From Octopus vulgaris (Eukaryota), in contig OX597826.1 in NCBI GenBank assembly GCA_951406725.2, positions 60,160,001-60,284,000 on the forward strand: DNA of 124,000 nt. Direction: 5' to 3'. Each line of letters starts with the position of its first letter. Positions within the stretch are counted from its first letter, which is position 1. A program made the translations under genes and the position numbers. The notes beneath the pieces were generated by a model. It had not been told where the DNA came from and did no database searches. It saw only the letters and a program-made list of their open reading frames with translations. Below, piece by piece: positions 77,810 to 91,832 of this stretch.

Positions 77810-78160
77810 AGGCGTGGCTGTGTGGTAAGAAATTTGCTTCCAAACCACATGATTCCGGGTTCAGTCACACTGTATGGCACTTTGGTCAAATGTCTTCTAT
77901 TATATCCTCGGGCCGACCAAAGCCTTGTGAGTGGATGTCTGTGTGTATGTATGACTACATTTCTGAGTTTGTCCTCCCGCCGTCACTTGACAACTGATTC
78001 AGGTTTGTTTTCGTCCCCGTAACTTAACCTTTCGGCAACAGAGACCGGTAGAATAAGAACTAGTCTTTCAAAAGAATAAGTCTGGGGGTCGATTTCCTCG
78101 ACTGAAGACGGTGCTCCTGCATGGCCGCTCTCAGATGACTGAAGCAAATGAATGAAAGAA
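77810..78160 (+). mobile_element. SINE family B
   Basis: Matches the consensus with a short internal tract. Confidence 0.75.
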
Positions 78161-78244
78161 TGAAACAATATGTAAAAATCCTTCCACATACAGACAAACT
78201 TACAAGTCATGTATAATTGCTCATGTATGTACGTATACATATAT

Positions 78245-78640
78245 CACCTTGACCGACCAGTCCGTCAGGCGTCCATTTGACACCGCTGGTCATAGCACGC
78301 TGTCCACTCCTCTCTGGATCGCGCCTTTCGACAACTGCGCGGTTCCACCGATTATCGGTGAGCCGGGCGACGTGTCCAGCCCATCTAAACTTGCTGTGTG
78401 TATACTCTGCGATGACATCCCTCACGACGGACTTCTTTCTGATTATCTCGCTACTGACGTGCTCTCTCAACGAGATACCAATCATTGACCTTTCCATGGC
78501 TCTTTGAGCCGTTACCAGTCTCTGCTCTTCTCTCTTTGTGGTAGCCCATGTTTCAAACATTGCAGGTAGAACCGTACTGTTGATGAGGTTGAAAAAACGA
78601 GTTCTCAATTCCATACTATGTATTAGCAATATAATTTATT
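78245..78640 (-). pseudogene. RTE-clade LINE 3' end
   Basis: QRAMERSMIGISLREHVSSEIIR...KFRWAGHVARLTDNRW. Confidence 0.9.
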
Positions 78641-79081
78641 TGGGCCGACGCATTTTAATGATACTCCGCCACTCCGAGTTTCGCCTGTGAGTGCACAGTC
78701 TTCAGGCAAATTATGGCTGATGACTTGCAACAGGTTCCTGTGCGCACACAAATGAAATCAGAGACCTACAGACTGACTCCACCTGAAAAAAATATTACAG
78801 AACTGTGTGTATGTATGTATGTGAGTGTGTGAGTGTGTACGCTAATTCTAAGGCGTACCTTAACATTTTGCTGTAATTAGTTACACATTTGGAACTGTCA
78901 ATTTTAGTATTAGGTTTCCAGAAATTCTACTTTCATTTTTAATCTATGTATCTATCTATCGATCGATCGATCGATAGATCGATGGACCTATGTATCCTTT
79001 TCTCTTGAATATTACTATATTTTCTATTTGTAGAATGATATATTAAGCTGTTATTGTGACTCACTCACTCACACACACACT

Positions 79082-79139
<58 letters not shown>

Positions 79140-79629
79140 GACAGACAGAGAATTCACAAAAAAGACAAAAGACGAAGACAGGTGGTGTAGACAACAAACA
79201 GATGTGATAGTTTAACGCTCGGGAAGTAAAAAAATGTCTTTAACGTTTCGAGCCTACGCTCTCCCACAAAAAGGAACACAAAGAGAAACAGAGAGAGAAA
79301 ATAAAGAATGTGTAGTGGCTTGGGTCTATCATGGCGAATGCCGGACAGAGGGGTTATACATGAGAGTTAGGAAGAAAGGGAGATAGAAAGAACCAAAAAG
79401 TTTAGAAAGTACAAAAAAGTTCTAAAACGTTGAAAAGCTTCAAAAGCTTCGTCGTGGTGTATTGGAGCGATTTCTCATCAACGGAAGAGTCCATTGTAAT
79501 CCATGGACAGGAGAGGTACAGCTGACGTGTTGGAGAGTAGAAAATCCAGGTAGAATAGTCCGAAGTGTAGAAGGTGTAGAAAATCCAAGAAAAGTTCATT
79601 GGGAGACAGGATCAACTGGTGCGACCACG

Positions 79630-79630
<1 letters not shown>
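79140..79630 (-). mobile_element. PLE 3' fragment with degenerate hammerhead (79238-79273)
   Basis: Reverse-complement homology to 69290-69780. Confidence 0.55.
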
Positions 79631-79668
<38 letters not shown>

Positions 79669-81356
79669 AATTTGAGATAAAACCACTATTAGGCAACTCA
79701 AACAGTGATAGACATAAACCAAAACATAAAAAACATAAATAAATATAATTAATATAATATGCAATATATATATAAAATATAAAATTTAAAATTTAATTTT
79801 TCTGGGGCCTAATATTGGTTTTATCACTAATTTTATCACTAATACTGTGAAATTTGATTCATCCTAAATTTAATTTTCGCTTTAAGTTTGGATATACTCC
79901 CTAATATTGTTATTATTATTATATATATCTATATATATATATATATATATATATATTAACATGAACATGAAGATAGAATCGAGTATACGAAAAGCTATGC
80001 ACCAGGAAGGGTTGAGTAATCTCTGTGGTTCCGTGCTATGGTTTGGGATGGTCGAAATATCGAACTGGATACTTTGGTCGTGTAGACAGAGAAAACCAAT
80101 ACTATACATATTTAGCGCCTAAGGAGCTGGTCCAAATTACGTGTTACTTTGAGTAGAACGTTGTTGGTATACTCTAGGCTGTCCGTCAAGTGGCAAATTC
80201 CCTTGGGAAATTATAATCACACGAATAACATACCAACATCAATCCATCGTACGATATTATTCCTTTAATTATACACACACACACACACACAAACGCATAT
80301 ATATATATATGAAATGTAAATACGAACGGAATAAATCAAATTTCGGGTAAATCGGATAAGTGGTTGTGGAGATATTAAGTGTTTTCGGGATACAAATATC
80401 CAAAACAGTGCATAATGGAAAAAGTCGCCGAAAATAATCTTTATCTTGAAAGGGAAGAAACTCTTAACTTTCGATTAGATACAGTGACTTAACGAAAATA
80501 CACGATTTGTTTTTTACAATAAAGTAGCCTGACCCGTGCCGTCAAAAATGACGGCTAATTGTACTATTTTATATATAAATAGGGTACATAATAATCACGC
80601 ATATAAAAGTTTTATACGGCACGCATTTCTGTCGAATGAGCAACCGTTTACATTTTAAGAAAGTTGAAATAATTCCATTAAACGAACACGTAAATGGTCG
80701 TCGTCATACAAGGTAGATACAACATATATGGGCGTGTATGTGTGTGTTTGTGTAAGTATGGTGTGCATGGGTGTACGTGTATGTGTGTGGACATGTGTGA
80801 CTGAGCGATTCTATAGATCACACAGACACAGACGTTCACATGTGACTACTAATGAATACATTTTACGCTATGAGAACCTGTACTCCTAAACACATTCAGT
80901 GGGGCTTTTTGTCATATGTGCATTACACACACATGCGCACGCACACACACACGTATATGCATATATAGATATATATACATGAAAAGCTGTATCGCTAAAA
81001 GTGGAACTTAAAAATACTTCTATGCCACAGAATAGTCAAAAAATTAATTCAAACATGATAGGAGAAAAATTACAGTGAACAATAACATCAATTTACCTCT
81101 GCTAGGTCAGCAAAAGTAATACTGGCACTAGCGATGATATCTTTAGTAGGACTACCAATCTCATATATATATGTAAATATATACATATACACACATATAT
81201 GAATGTATGCCTGTATGTATGTATAACATTAGAAGTTAGCTTGAAACTTGCTTGCAATGTTACCCAGCAGAACTGGCGCATAATGGGTCATGTGTTGTCT
81301 AGTTTTGTATCAATAATGATAGCTATATGACTGGATAGATAGATTGATAGACAGAC

Positions 81357-81447
<91 letters not shown>

Positions 81448-81552
81448 GCGATAGATAGAGAGATAGGTAGATATGTTTCTTTATTAGCCACACAGGGCTG
81501 CACACAGATAGAACAAATTACAAGATAGATAGATAGATAGATAGATAGATAT

Positions 81553-81662
<110 letters not shown>

Positions 81663-82133
81663 TGAGAGAGAGAGAGATACTGAATGAGTGATTGACTAAT
81701 TGTTTGATTGATTGACAGACAGATAGACAGAGTTTTCTCGTCAAGTGTTAGGATTAGAGTTTCCATCAAGGAATGGAGACGAAATATGGGAGTATATTGG
81801 TGTGTGTGTGTGTGTATGCGTTTGTATGTGTGTGTGTGGATGTGTGTATGTTGTGTGTTTACACGTTTCTGTGTCTCTGTTTTTCTACAATTCTAGGGTT
81901 ACTGTCGAATATTAACGATTCATTGAAACCCGTCATATATGAGTCATACTATGGGCAGCGTTACACACTAGGAATAAATAGGAAGTATAGGTTAAAGGTC
82001 GTCAAGCCAACTTAATCAGCGACAATGTAAGAATATATATCTATCTTTCTATATATTGACAAAGATATATAGATGAATAGATAAATAGATAGATATGTAT
82101 GTGTGTGTGTGCGTGTGTGTGTATGGGTAAACG

Positions 82134-82170
<37 letters not shown>

Positions 82171-82189
82171 ATACGTTATATGCATTCTA

Positions 82190-82409
82190 TTATTCTTTCA
82201 TTTGTTTCAGTCAATTGACTGCGGCCATGCTGGAGTACCACCTTTAGTGGAACCAATCGACCCCAGGACTTATTCTTTGTAAGCCTATTACTTATTCTAT
82301 CAATCCCTTTTGCCGAATCGTTAATTTAAGAGGATATAAGCACGCCAACATCAGTTATCAAGCGACGGTGGGGTTAAACACAGACACACAAATAAACATA
82401 AACACACAG

Positions 82410-82463
<54 letters not shown>

Positions 82464-83045
82464 ATCACGTGACCGGCCACGCTATCAGGTGTTGCTACAC
82501 ATCGCTGGTCACAATGCGCCTCGCATTGTTTTAGCAATCAAGTGACGCTACCCGGCCGGCTATGCCAGCAAGCCAACAGAAGACAGAGTGAGAGAAAGAT
82601 GTGGTGAAAGAGTACAGCAGGGATTGCGAACACCCGCTGCCGGAGCATCGTGGAGCTTTAGGTGATTTCGCTCAATAAATACTCACAACACCCGGTCTGG
82701 TAATCGAAACCACGATCCTCTGCCCTAACCACTGGGCCATTGCGCCTCCACACAAACACGCACACACACAAACACACACACAGGAGTGGCCAAGTACTTT
82801 CTTACGAACCACATGGCTCCGGGTTCATTTCCACTGCATGGCACCTTGGGCAACTGTCTTCTACTATAACCTCGGGTCGACCAAAGCCTTGTCTGTGGAT
82901 TTGGTAGACGAAGACTGAAAGAAGAGACCGATGCAATAAGTACTAGTCTTACTAAGAAATAGTCCTGGGATCGATTTGCTCGATTAAAGGCGGTACGGCA
83001 GCATGGCCGCAGTCAAATGACTGAAACAAGTAAAAGAATAAAAGT
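82190..83045. mobile_element. SINE cluster: family B pieces in both orientations around a family C copy (82455-82751)
   Basis: Recognisable consensus segments. Confidence 0.75.
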
Positions 83046-83082
83046 ATACTATTTATATTTATATGCATATATATACATATAC

Positions 83083-83140
<58 letters not shown>

Positions 83141-83143
<3 letters not shown>

Positions 83144-83420
83144 TTTTGTGTTTGGGGAGAGTCATTCTCTTTTAGTGCCTAATTATTTAACACACTCACC
83201 GGTAAAATTAACACTTATTTCTTATTTTTTATTTTCAAAAAGTTTCATTGCGTCTTACAACCTTTTCAATAGTATTTGAGAGTCAAGACTATTGAAAAGG
83301 TTGCAAGATGCAATGAAAATTTCAGAAAATAAAAAATAAGAAATAAGTGGTAACTTTACCGGTGAGTGTGTTAAATAATAAGGCACTAAAAGAGAATGAC
83401 TCTCCCCAGACACAACAGAA
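83141..83420. mobile_element. Palindromic MITE-like foldback
   Basis: Arms of ~130 bp; single-arm relatives at 32440-32630 and 89390-89485. Confidence 0.7.
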
Positions 83421-83474
83421 TATGCTGCAACACACGAACTCATATAAAGAATCTTGCAAACCAAATCCCAAAAC

Positions 83475-83524
<50 letters not shown>

Positions 83525-83985
83525 TACACACAAGCACGCACACACACACACACACATATGACATACGTAAATGTATATACGAAGATATACACAGCTATAA
83601 CCATGTTTTTATATATGTACGTATTTGTGTTCGTGTATGTGTATATGTACGTATTGGTGCACGGATTATTTATACGATGCATTTTGCCCCAAACTCAACG
83701 GAAGTATATGAAAGTTTGTACGGAAGTTGTTATCAACATATCTGTGGACTTTATCACTGACATTTTCGAGTCTTGTTCTGTATATTTGTCTGGGAGGTGT
83801 AAAGTACATAATATTTACTTGCATCAACCAGATAGATGATGTTTGTGAAACTGGACAACCGGATGTGAGACCAACATTTTCGTAATTGAAGCTTGCCCGA
83901 AGTACGTGACATTCGAAACATAAAAACCTAGATGATTGCCCACTTCAGACATATATAGAGAACCGGACGCTCACCCACAGACACA

Positions 83986-84048
<63 letters not shown>

Positions 84049-84116
84049 TCGTGTGTGTGTGTGTGTGTATAAATACATACATATATATATTTGTGTGTGT
84101 GTGCGTGTAGATAGAC

Positions 84117-84151
<35 letters not shown>

Positions 84152-84394
84152 TGGACAGACAGTTATATATATATATGCTGACAGGCACATGGCCATATAT
84201 ACGAATTATTGGTAAAAGTTCCTAGGTTTAGGTAAAAGAAAGTACTGGAGAAGCAGTTAATTATGATTATTTTTCCCTACATATTCCCCTCTCAGGTTCA
84301 CACACTTATTGCAACGGTACTTCAGTTTTTCTGAGCTTTGTAAAAGTAGAGGTAGATTGGAGACTCCAGCCAGGGCTTTTGCGATATATGCTTC

Positions 84395-84431
<37 letters not shown>

Positions 84432-84435
<4 letters not shown>

Positions 84436-84607
84436 GCAGGAGTGTCTGTGTGGTAGGTAGCTTGCTTACCAGCCACATGGTGCTTGGTTCAGCCCCACTG
84501 CGTGGCACCTTGGGTAGGTGTCTTCTACCTTGATCCGACCAAAGGCTTGTGAGTGGATTTTGTAGACGGAAACTGAAAGAAGCCCGTCGTATATATGTAT
84601 ATGTATG

Positions 84608-84663
<56 letters not shown>

Positions 84664-84875
84664 GGTGTATATGATTGTGTGTCTGTGTTTGTCCCTCCAG
84701 CATCGCTTGACAACCGATTGTGGTGTGTATACGTCCCCGTAATTTAGCGGTTCGGGATAAGAGACCGATATAATAAGTACAAGGCTCCCAAAGAATAAGT
84801 CCTAGGGTCGATTTTCTGAACTAAAGGCGGTGCTCCAGCATGACTGAAACAAGTAATAGAGTAAAAGAGAGTAAG
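84432..84875 (+). mobile_element. SINE family B
   Basis: Matches the consensus. Confidence 0.8.
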
Positions 84876-84912
<37 letters not shown>

Positions 84913-85192
84913 AGTGAATATAGATATGCATACATGAAATCTTTTGCTGGTAACGTATGTATAACTCTCTGTTTCGAAAAATTCAGAAATAAACGCAGAA
85001 AAAGGATAAATCAGCAGAAATTCCATTGGTAAACAAGTAAAATCTAATTAGAAACATCGTAAGACTTCCAGATTTACATCATGTTTTTGCATGCAACACA
85101 GGTTGACGACAAAATACAATAGATTGTGGGAGTTGTAGTCATAATTTATGTTCAGCCTGTGCAAATATACAAATACATAAACACATAGATAT

Positions 85193-86145
85193 GACTAAGT
85201 GGCATTGCATCCCGGCGTTGCCCGGGTGTTATGACCTGCGGCCATTTGTATTAACTTTTCTTTTCTTCTAGTCAGAATCGGCACACCTGATATATAATGA
85301 ACTGGATTACTAGCGTAATGGAAGTTATTGCTTGTTTAAAAGTGAAGGACGGGAGGGTGCTATTTGCATGTGTTTGCATAAAAGTGCTTTCTGTTATTTA
85401 GAAGGACCATAAACTACGAATTGTTTCATTGTATAGAAAGGGGTTAATACAATTTTTTCCAGAAATCACGTTCTCAAAATTTTAATTCTCCACCCCGTCC
85501 CCACCGCGATTTCTTAATTTGTAGCTATTTTTCGATTTTTAAAAAAAATTCTGGAAAAATACAGAGATTACGAATCTGGGAAATACATTTTTGAAAGTTT
85601 AATTTTTGTTAATGCCCCTTCCCCTATCTTGTTCACCCATTACCTACCGCTTTCATAAAACTAAAACCTCCCAACGTTTCACTTTCGTCTGATGTTTTAC
85701 GCATGCGTACAATTGTACTGAAGGGTGCACGATACGCTTGAAGCAACACGGGTTAAGAGAGACTTAAACATTTTAATATTTCTATCTTTGAAAACCAGTG
85801 GATGTATTCCACTGAAATTAGGTAAATAATTCTTCGATCAGACGGTCAGCAGCGACGCCTGCTGGGCTTGGCTAATCTGCATTGATAAAGGGCAAATACT
85901 CTGAAACATGTCTGCAGATACCTGACCAGCAAGGGGGAGCGGCTGACCTCCCCTTTTCGAAGGTTATAATGGACACAGGTTCGTGTGTCATATAACTAGC
86001 TAGAGGCGAAGTTGAAGGCGATGGCGTCTTGGAGCTAATCAACGGCGGTTTAGTCTTATATTTATGGACTGCCATATTAGCTTGGCGATAACTGTTAATT
86101 TCCAGTACCGCTGCCGTAGTCTCCTTTAGAGAGACTCAGAAATTT
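85193..86145 (+). mobile_element. Longer Helentron/HINE-like element
   Basis: 5' CCCGGCGTTGCCCGGG motif shared with 6209; 3' end AATATTTATATATA. Confidence 0.4.
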
Positions 86146-86179
86146 TAATATTTATATATATATAAATATATATATATAA

Positions 86180-86250
<71 letters not shown>

Positions 86251-86280
86251 AAAAAAGGAGATGTCGAACACGAGTGGTGA

Positions 86281-86736
<456 letters not shown>

Positions 86737-87082
86737 GTGTGTGTTTGAAAGTAAGTACTGGAGCCGATTCATTCGATTAAATATTCTTGAAGGCATTGTA
86801 ATGACTGAAAGAAATAAAACGTATCAGATAACCCCACTCCACAACATTTATGGATTTTTTGTTATTTTTCTACGGATCATTATTTTGAGATGGTATTATA
86901 TAAATAAGTCTTGTTATCTCACTCTCAGAAAAAATATTTATAGTGAGTAACACTCCAATCAATGATGGAGGGTAAAGGGATTTGCAGACGTCTTGCCAGT
87001 TCCTATCTCAGCTTCTCTTGATTCAAATTGAAAACCCTCCGAGAAATAAAAAGAAACGTTTTGTCCTCTATGTTGTTTTTCT

Positions 87083-87382
87083 TTGTTCCTTCTTGAGCCA
87101 CGCCTGGTTCATAAGGGCCAGTTTCCCGGTTTCATTGAGGTATAGGTTCTTTACCTGTACGGGACACCGGTCAGTCGCAGGTGAGTTGCTTGATGCAGGA
87201 GGAAAGAATGAGAGAAAGTTTTGGCGAAAGAGTCAGCAGAAGTTCACCATTACCTGCTGCTGGACCCGCGTGGAGCTTAGGTGTTTCGTTCCTAAAGACA
87301 CACATCGCCCTAGCTGAGATTCGAACCCTCGATCCCTCGACCACGAGTCCGCTGCCCTAACCAGTAGGCCATGTGCCTCCAC
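87083..87382 (-). mobile_element. tRNA-derived SINE family C
   Basis: Head GTGGAGGCACATGGCCTACTGGTTAGGGCAGCGGACTCG...GGTTCGAATCTC. Relatives at 31925-32090, 55040-55315, 18700-18903, 56862-57080, 93325-93630. Confidence 0.8.
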
Positions 87383-88379
87383 TTTGTCCTGTAAAGTTCT
87401 TAAATTTTGAATAACCTAGTTTTGACCACAACAGTTATGTGAAGCAATTTAAAAACAGCTCAGTATTGGGAGTCACCAGCGAGGTCTATGCTACATAAGG
87501 ACACTGTTGACACTTAAACAAAAAAATACTAATATACGTGCATACCAGTGAACGAATGCATGTGCCTGAGGCATGAGATTTTTTTCCATTTCATAGAATT
87601 CAAAATCTGATATTTATATGTACTTAGTATTATCAAATAAATTCCTCTGTAAATAAGTGTTAACGTTGCCTCCTTGGTTCTACATTTATCTATAACATAT
87701 ATTTTACACCTGTTATTAATTTGATCGGCTCCGTTGACAAAATACTATTGTATCTAGAGATATGTGTTTTTTTAATGTTTCCTATAAATGGCCAGTATTC
87801 TAGACACTTTTTGAAATATGTTGTGGCTTCAAGCAATTCCTACAAACATCGAAACTTCTCAATTTTTTCTTTTCTCCTTCTTTCTCTTTCTTGTTCTTTC
87901 TCCCTCTACCACTCAGTTTTATACACACTTCGCTTTTTCACACACACATATGCACAGTGAGTGAAACAGACAGAGAAAACAAAAATAACAGACATATAGA
88001 CTACTGAGCCAATATCTTTTACATTCAGTTATCATTTATTTCTAAATATAAATATTTAAAATAACGTTACTCTTTCACTGACGCGATTTGTTCAATGTTC
88101 CGTTTTATCTTTGGAAAAATAATGTCGAGTTTGAATAAGCTTCAAGGATTTCCGTTTCCTTAGTCTGTATATTATTATTTGTGTGTGTGTGTATTTCATT
88201 ATACTTGCTGAAATTTTAACCTATGATGTTAGGATTTGGACTTTTGATGTATGAAACTTCCCTTATTTTAGGATTCGGTTTCCAGTTTTTAACAAGAGGC
88301 ATTCTTGAAGTTTCGTGTCTTTCTCAGGCGAGACATTTATTAAGTTCAAAGCTGTAAAACACTCTAATCTCTTTGAAAT

Positions 88380-88980
88380 TAGGATCCTTTGATTTCAATT
88401 CTCTTGTTCTGGTGCTCCAACCATTTCGTGAAGGCCCCATGGGACTCCTCCCAAAATTAAGGTATCCAGGAGCTTTCACACGTCTTCCTTCATGTCTTTC
88501 AGTTCGAGAAATTTCACAGGGAGCAAGTCCTGAATTATATGGATGTGTGGGATAGTTTTGATGTCCACTTCTGTTAAGTAGTTGGTTACCAGGAAGTGGG
88601 TGTAGACTGGAGTATTGTCATGGGACACATTCTTTGGCCTTTTGCGACGAAATCTCTACTGAACTCCTTAAAAACCTTCACAAAGTACACTTTGTTGGCC
88701 GTTGGGCGACAGGGAACCAAACATATATAGATGATGACTTTGATGTCGTAAATGGGGAACTTCATGTGTTTTCCGGTGGAATTGATTTGCTTGGTCTTTA
88801 CGGCCAGCGAAAGAAAATGCTAAACACATACAAGTTTATTCACAGGCGATTTGGATCATTTCATAAGATTTCATGCTACATTTCCCTGTCTAAACTAAAA
88901 CTTTATTGCATGGCGAGTTTCTAAATTTTCTTTTCATTCGCAAACTAGGCAGCTGTGAAAGTTCCTCTTATGGCCATCTT
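88380..88980 (-). mobile_element. Mariner transposase remnant
   Basis: Decayed HPxYS-LAPC-like and GQTVN/VYFVEVL-like segments. Confidence 0.6.
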
Positions 88981-89716
88981 CTTCAATCTGGAATTAAAAA
89001 AGTTAGCTGGTCAACTTATCTGATGTATTATAATGATATATTAGACTGACAATATGCTAGGTCAGTTATAAGTGTCTTTCCTAAAAAGTCTAACAATTTC
89101 TAGAATGCATTTCGCATATGTGTTGAAATCGTACCCTTATTTCTTTGATTTTAATAGCCTTCGCGTATTTTATGGTGAAACACTTTCTGTAGTCATAGGT
89201 GATGTTTCGAATATTACGCTTTCTCATTTATCAGCTATGTAGAAATTGTCATTAAGTACCCACGCAGTCAATAAGTTAATAACCAATTGTACAGATGAAT
89301 ATTTGAGCGTGGCTGCGTATAGGTCCAGACTTGGCTGCGTGGTAAGCTTCCTTCCCAACCACTTATCTATGTATATATATATATATATAAGTTCACCGGT
89401 AAATTTATGTATAAATATAACTTTACAGGTGAGTGTTTAAAATAATAAGGCACTAAAAAAGAATGACTCTCCCCAGACACAACAATATATATATAGACAC
89501 ATATAGACAAATATATACATGCATACATATGTATAATTTTTTTATGTTATTCAAAATTTTGCATACTTCATAGCTTATATTTACTTTTGATATAAAAGCG
89601 AGGTACGCGTCAATTAGTTACCAAATTACGGGAACGCGCGGTAATTGAATTTAAATGTACAAGTAAATTTTCTCTGATTATTATTACTTTATACACAGAC
89701 CAACTTAGTATCACGC

Positions 89717-89785
<69 letters not shown>

Positions 89786-89798
89786 GATATATGCATGA

Positions 89799-89829
<31 letters not shown>

Positions 89830-91719
89830 CATGCATGTTTGTATGTATGCATGCATGTATGTATGTATGTATGTATAGTATGTATATCAGAATAGGTAAA
89901 TGATACAGACCGCTTTCTGTAAATATACCATATTCATTTCGCTATATCGAAATGCTTGAGCCATTGCACTAGAATGTCGATCGGTCGTGCGAATGCTACG
90001 ACATTGAAACTTTCGTGTTCATATTAATATTGTTTTCGTCGCTGCTCTGTATAGCTTATGCTCTAATTTTTACTGTATTTTTTACTGTTTAACATTTATC
90101 CTTCAACCTGTGCTATTAACAATCTGCCGCCAGTTGCCATTGGACCACGTGATAGATTGACTGGAGACAACTTCCGACATATTTACGTGATTTGGTAAAA
90201 ACAAAATGGTCGAAAGATGGAGAAGAAGTAATGACAAAGATGTTGGTAAGTGGGGAAAGGAAAATGTTGTTGTTAGCTGTGGTAGTGGCGTGAGGTTTCA
90301 ACGTATTTTTTTTATGTCTCCATGTGGTTATCGTGGTGATGGTGACATTTGTGACAGTGGCCGTTGTGCACGATACTCGTATTGATATTAGTGATGGTGA
90401 TGATTACGCTCATAGTATTAATGGTCGTGATTTTGGAGGTGCGAGTGGTGATGGAGACGGAGATGTTGCTTTTGATGGCGTGCTTGATGATTGCTGTTTT
90501 GATGATATTAGCTGCAACTATATTCATAGTTGAAAATGTTGATATCGCTGTTGATTGCGTTAGCAATGTCGGTAGAGACTGTTGTAGAGACGATAGTAGC
90601 GTTGGCGGTGATATATAGAGATGATAGCTAGTTTGGTGCTTCCATTGACTGATTGACACATTTATTAATGATCGCATGCACTGTCAGGCCTGCTGGGTGA
90701 ATTCTGTTTGGATGGATGGATGGATGGATGGATGGATGGATGGATGGAGAGAGGGCGGAAGAAGGCATAGACGAATACAGAAATAAGGGGAGGTTATATA
90801 GATGAATGAACGATTGACGGATGCTCTGAGATTTTGTTGAAATGAACATTTTAGATATAAAGACAGTTTACAGATTGGTCAAGGATGCGAGGAAATGAAG
90901 AGAATACATCAGGCGACAACAAGTCTGGAATCCCTGCACGCAGACTCCGTGGAGCTCATGGCATTTGTTGTGATGGACTGGCGTTATTAGCGATGATGTT
91001 TACTGGGCCGCGGTTTGCATCGGATTGATAGTAGCGAAGTTGATGGCCGTCATTTTAGTGTCGGTGGTAATTATGGTAGTAACTGATGAACGTGATTGAC
91101 CTAAATGGATTTTGCATGTATTGTCTATATTCATAGTGAATAGATTATCAGTAGGTATAGTTAGGGAGCGACTAAGACTTTGAGCTAGAAAAGGTGTTCG
91201 TTAATCGAATTAATGAGTTAAAATCCGCTGCGTATATATATATATATATATTGATCTCTCTCTTCTAAATATACAATATGTGTACATCATTTGAAAGACT
91301 CTCTGTGTGTGTATATATATATATATATATATGTGTCTGCCGATAAAGGCTTTTTTCCCAAAATACGCCAGCTAAACTTGTACTGTTATTAGTCGTAAGA
91401 CACCTGCTTTTTGTATTTCATTTTTGTTTTTTGTATTTCATTATTGTTTTTTGTATTTTATATTCGTGTGGCATCGTCCGTTTTTCTGTCCCTATTTCGT
91501 ATACATTCGATCCTTCTTCCTAGAAATCTAATGCTCGTAGCTTAGTTTTTCCTGGGGGCTGGCCGGATCGGAGCGATCTCAAGATTAATCAGCCGAAATT
91601 GCTACGATGATCCGGTTCTTGACTGAAGATTGAAGGCTTCGAATGTCCCGTCCGTGTTTTTTGTATCGTCTTCTAAGTGTTTTGCGTTCTTGTCCAAGTT
91701 TGTATTTTTCTACATATAA

Positions 91720-91776
<57 letters not shown>

Positions 91777-91800
91777 CACACATACATATATATATATACG

Positions 91801-91832
<32 letters not shown>

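Noticed and set aside
91560-91660. Possible rRNA/snRNA-like or hammerhead-like text (also 38890-38990)
   Set aside because: No sustained match to rRNA or snRNA and the stems do not close; likely another interspersed repeat.
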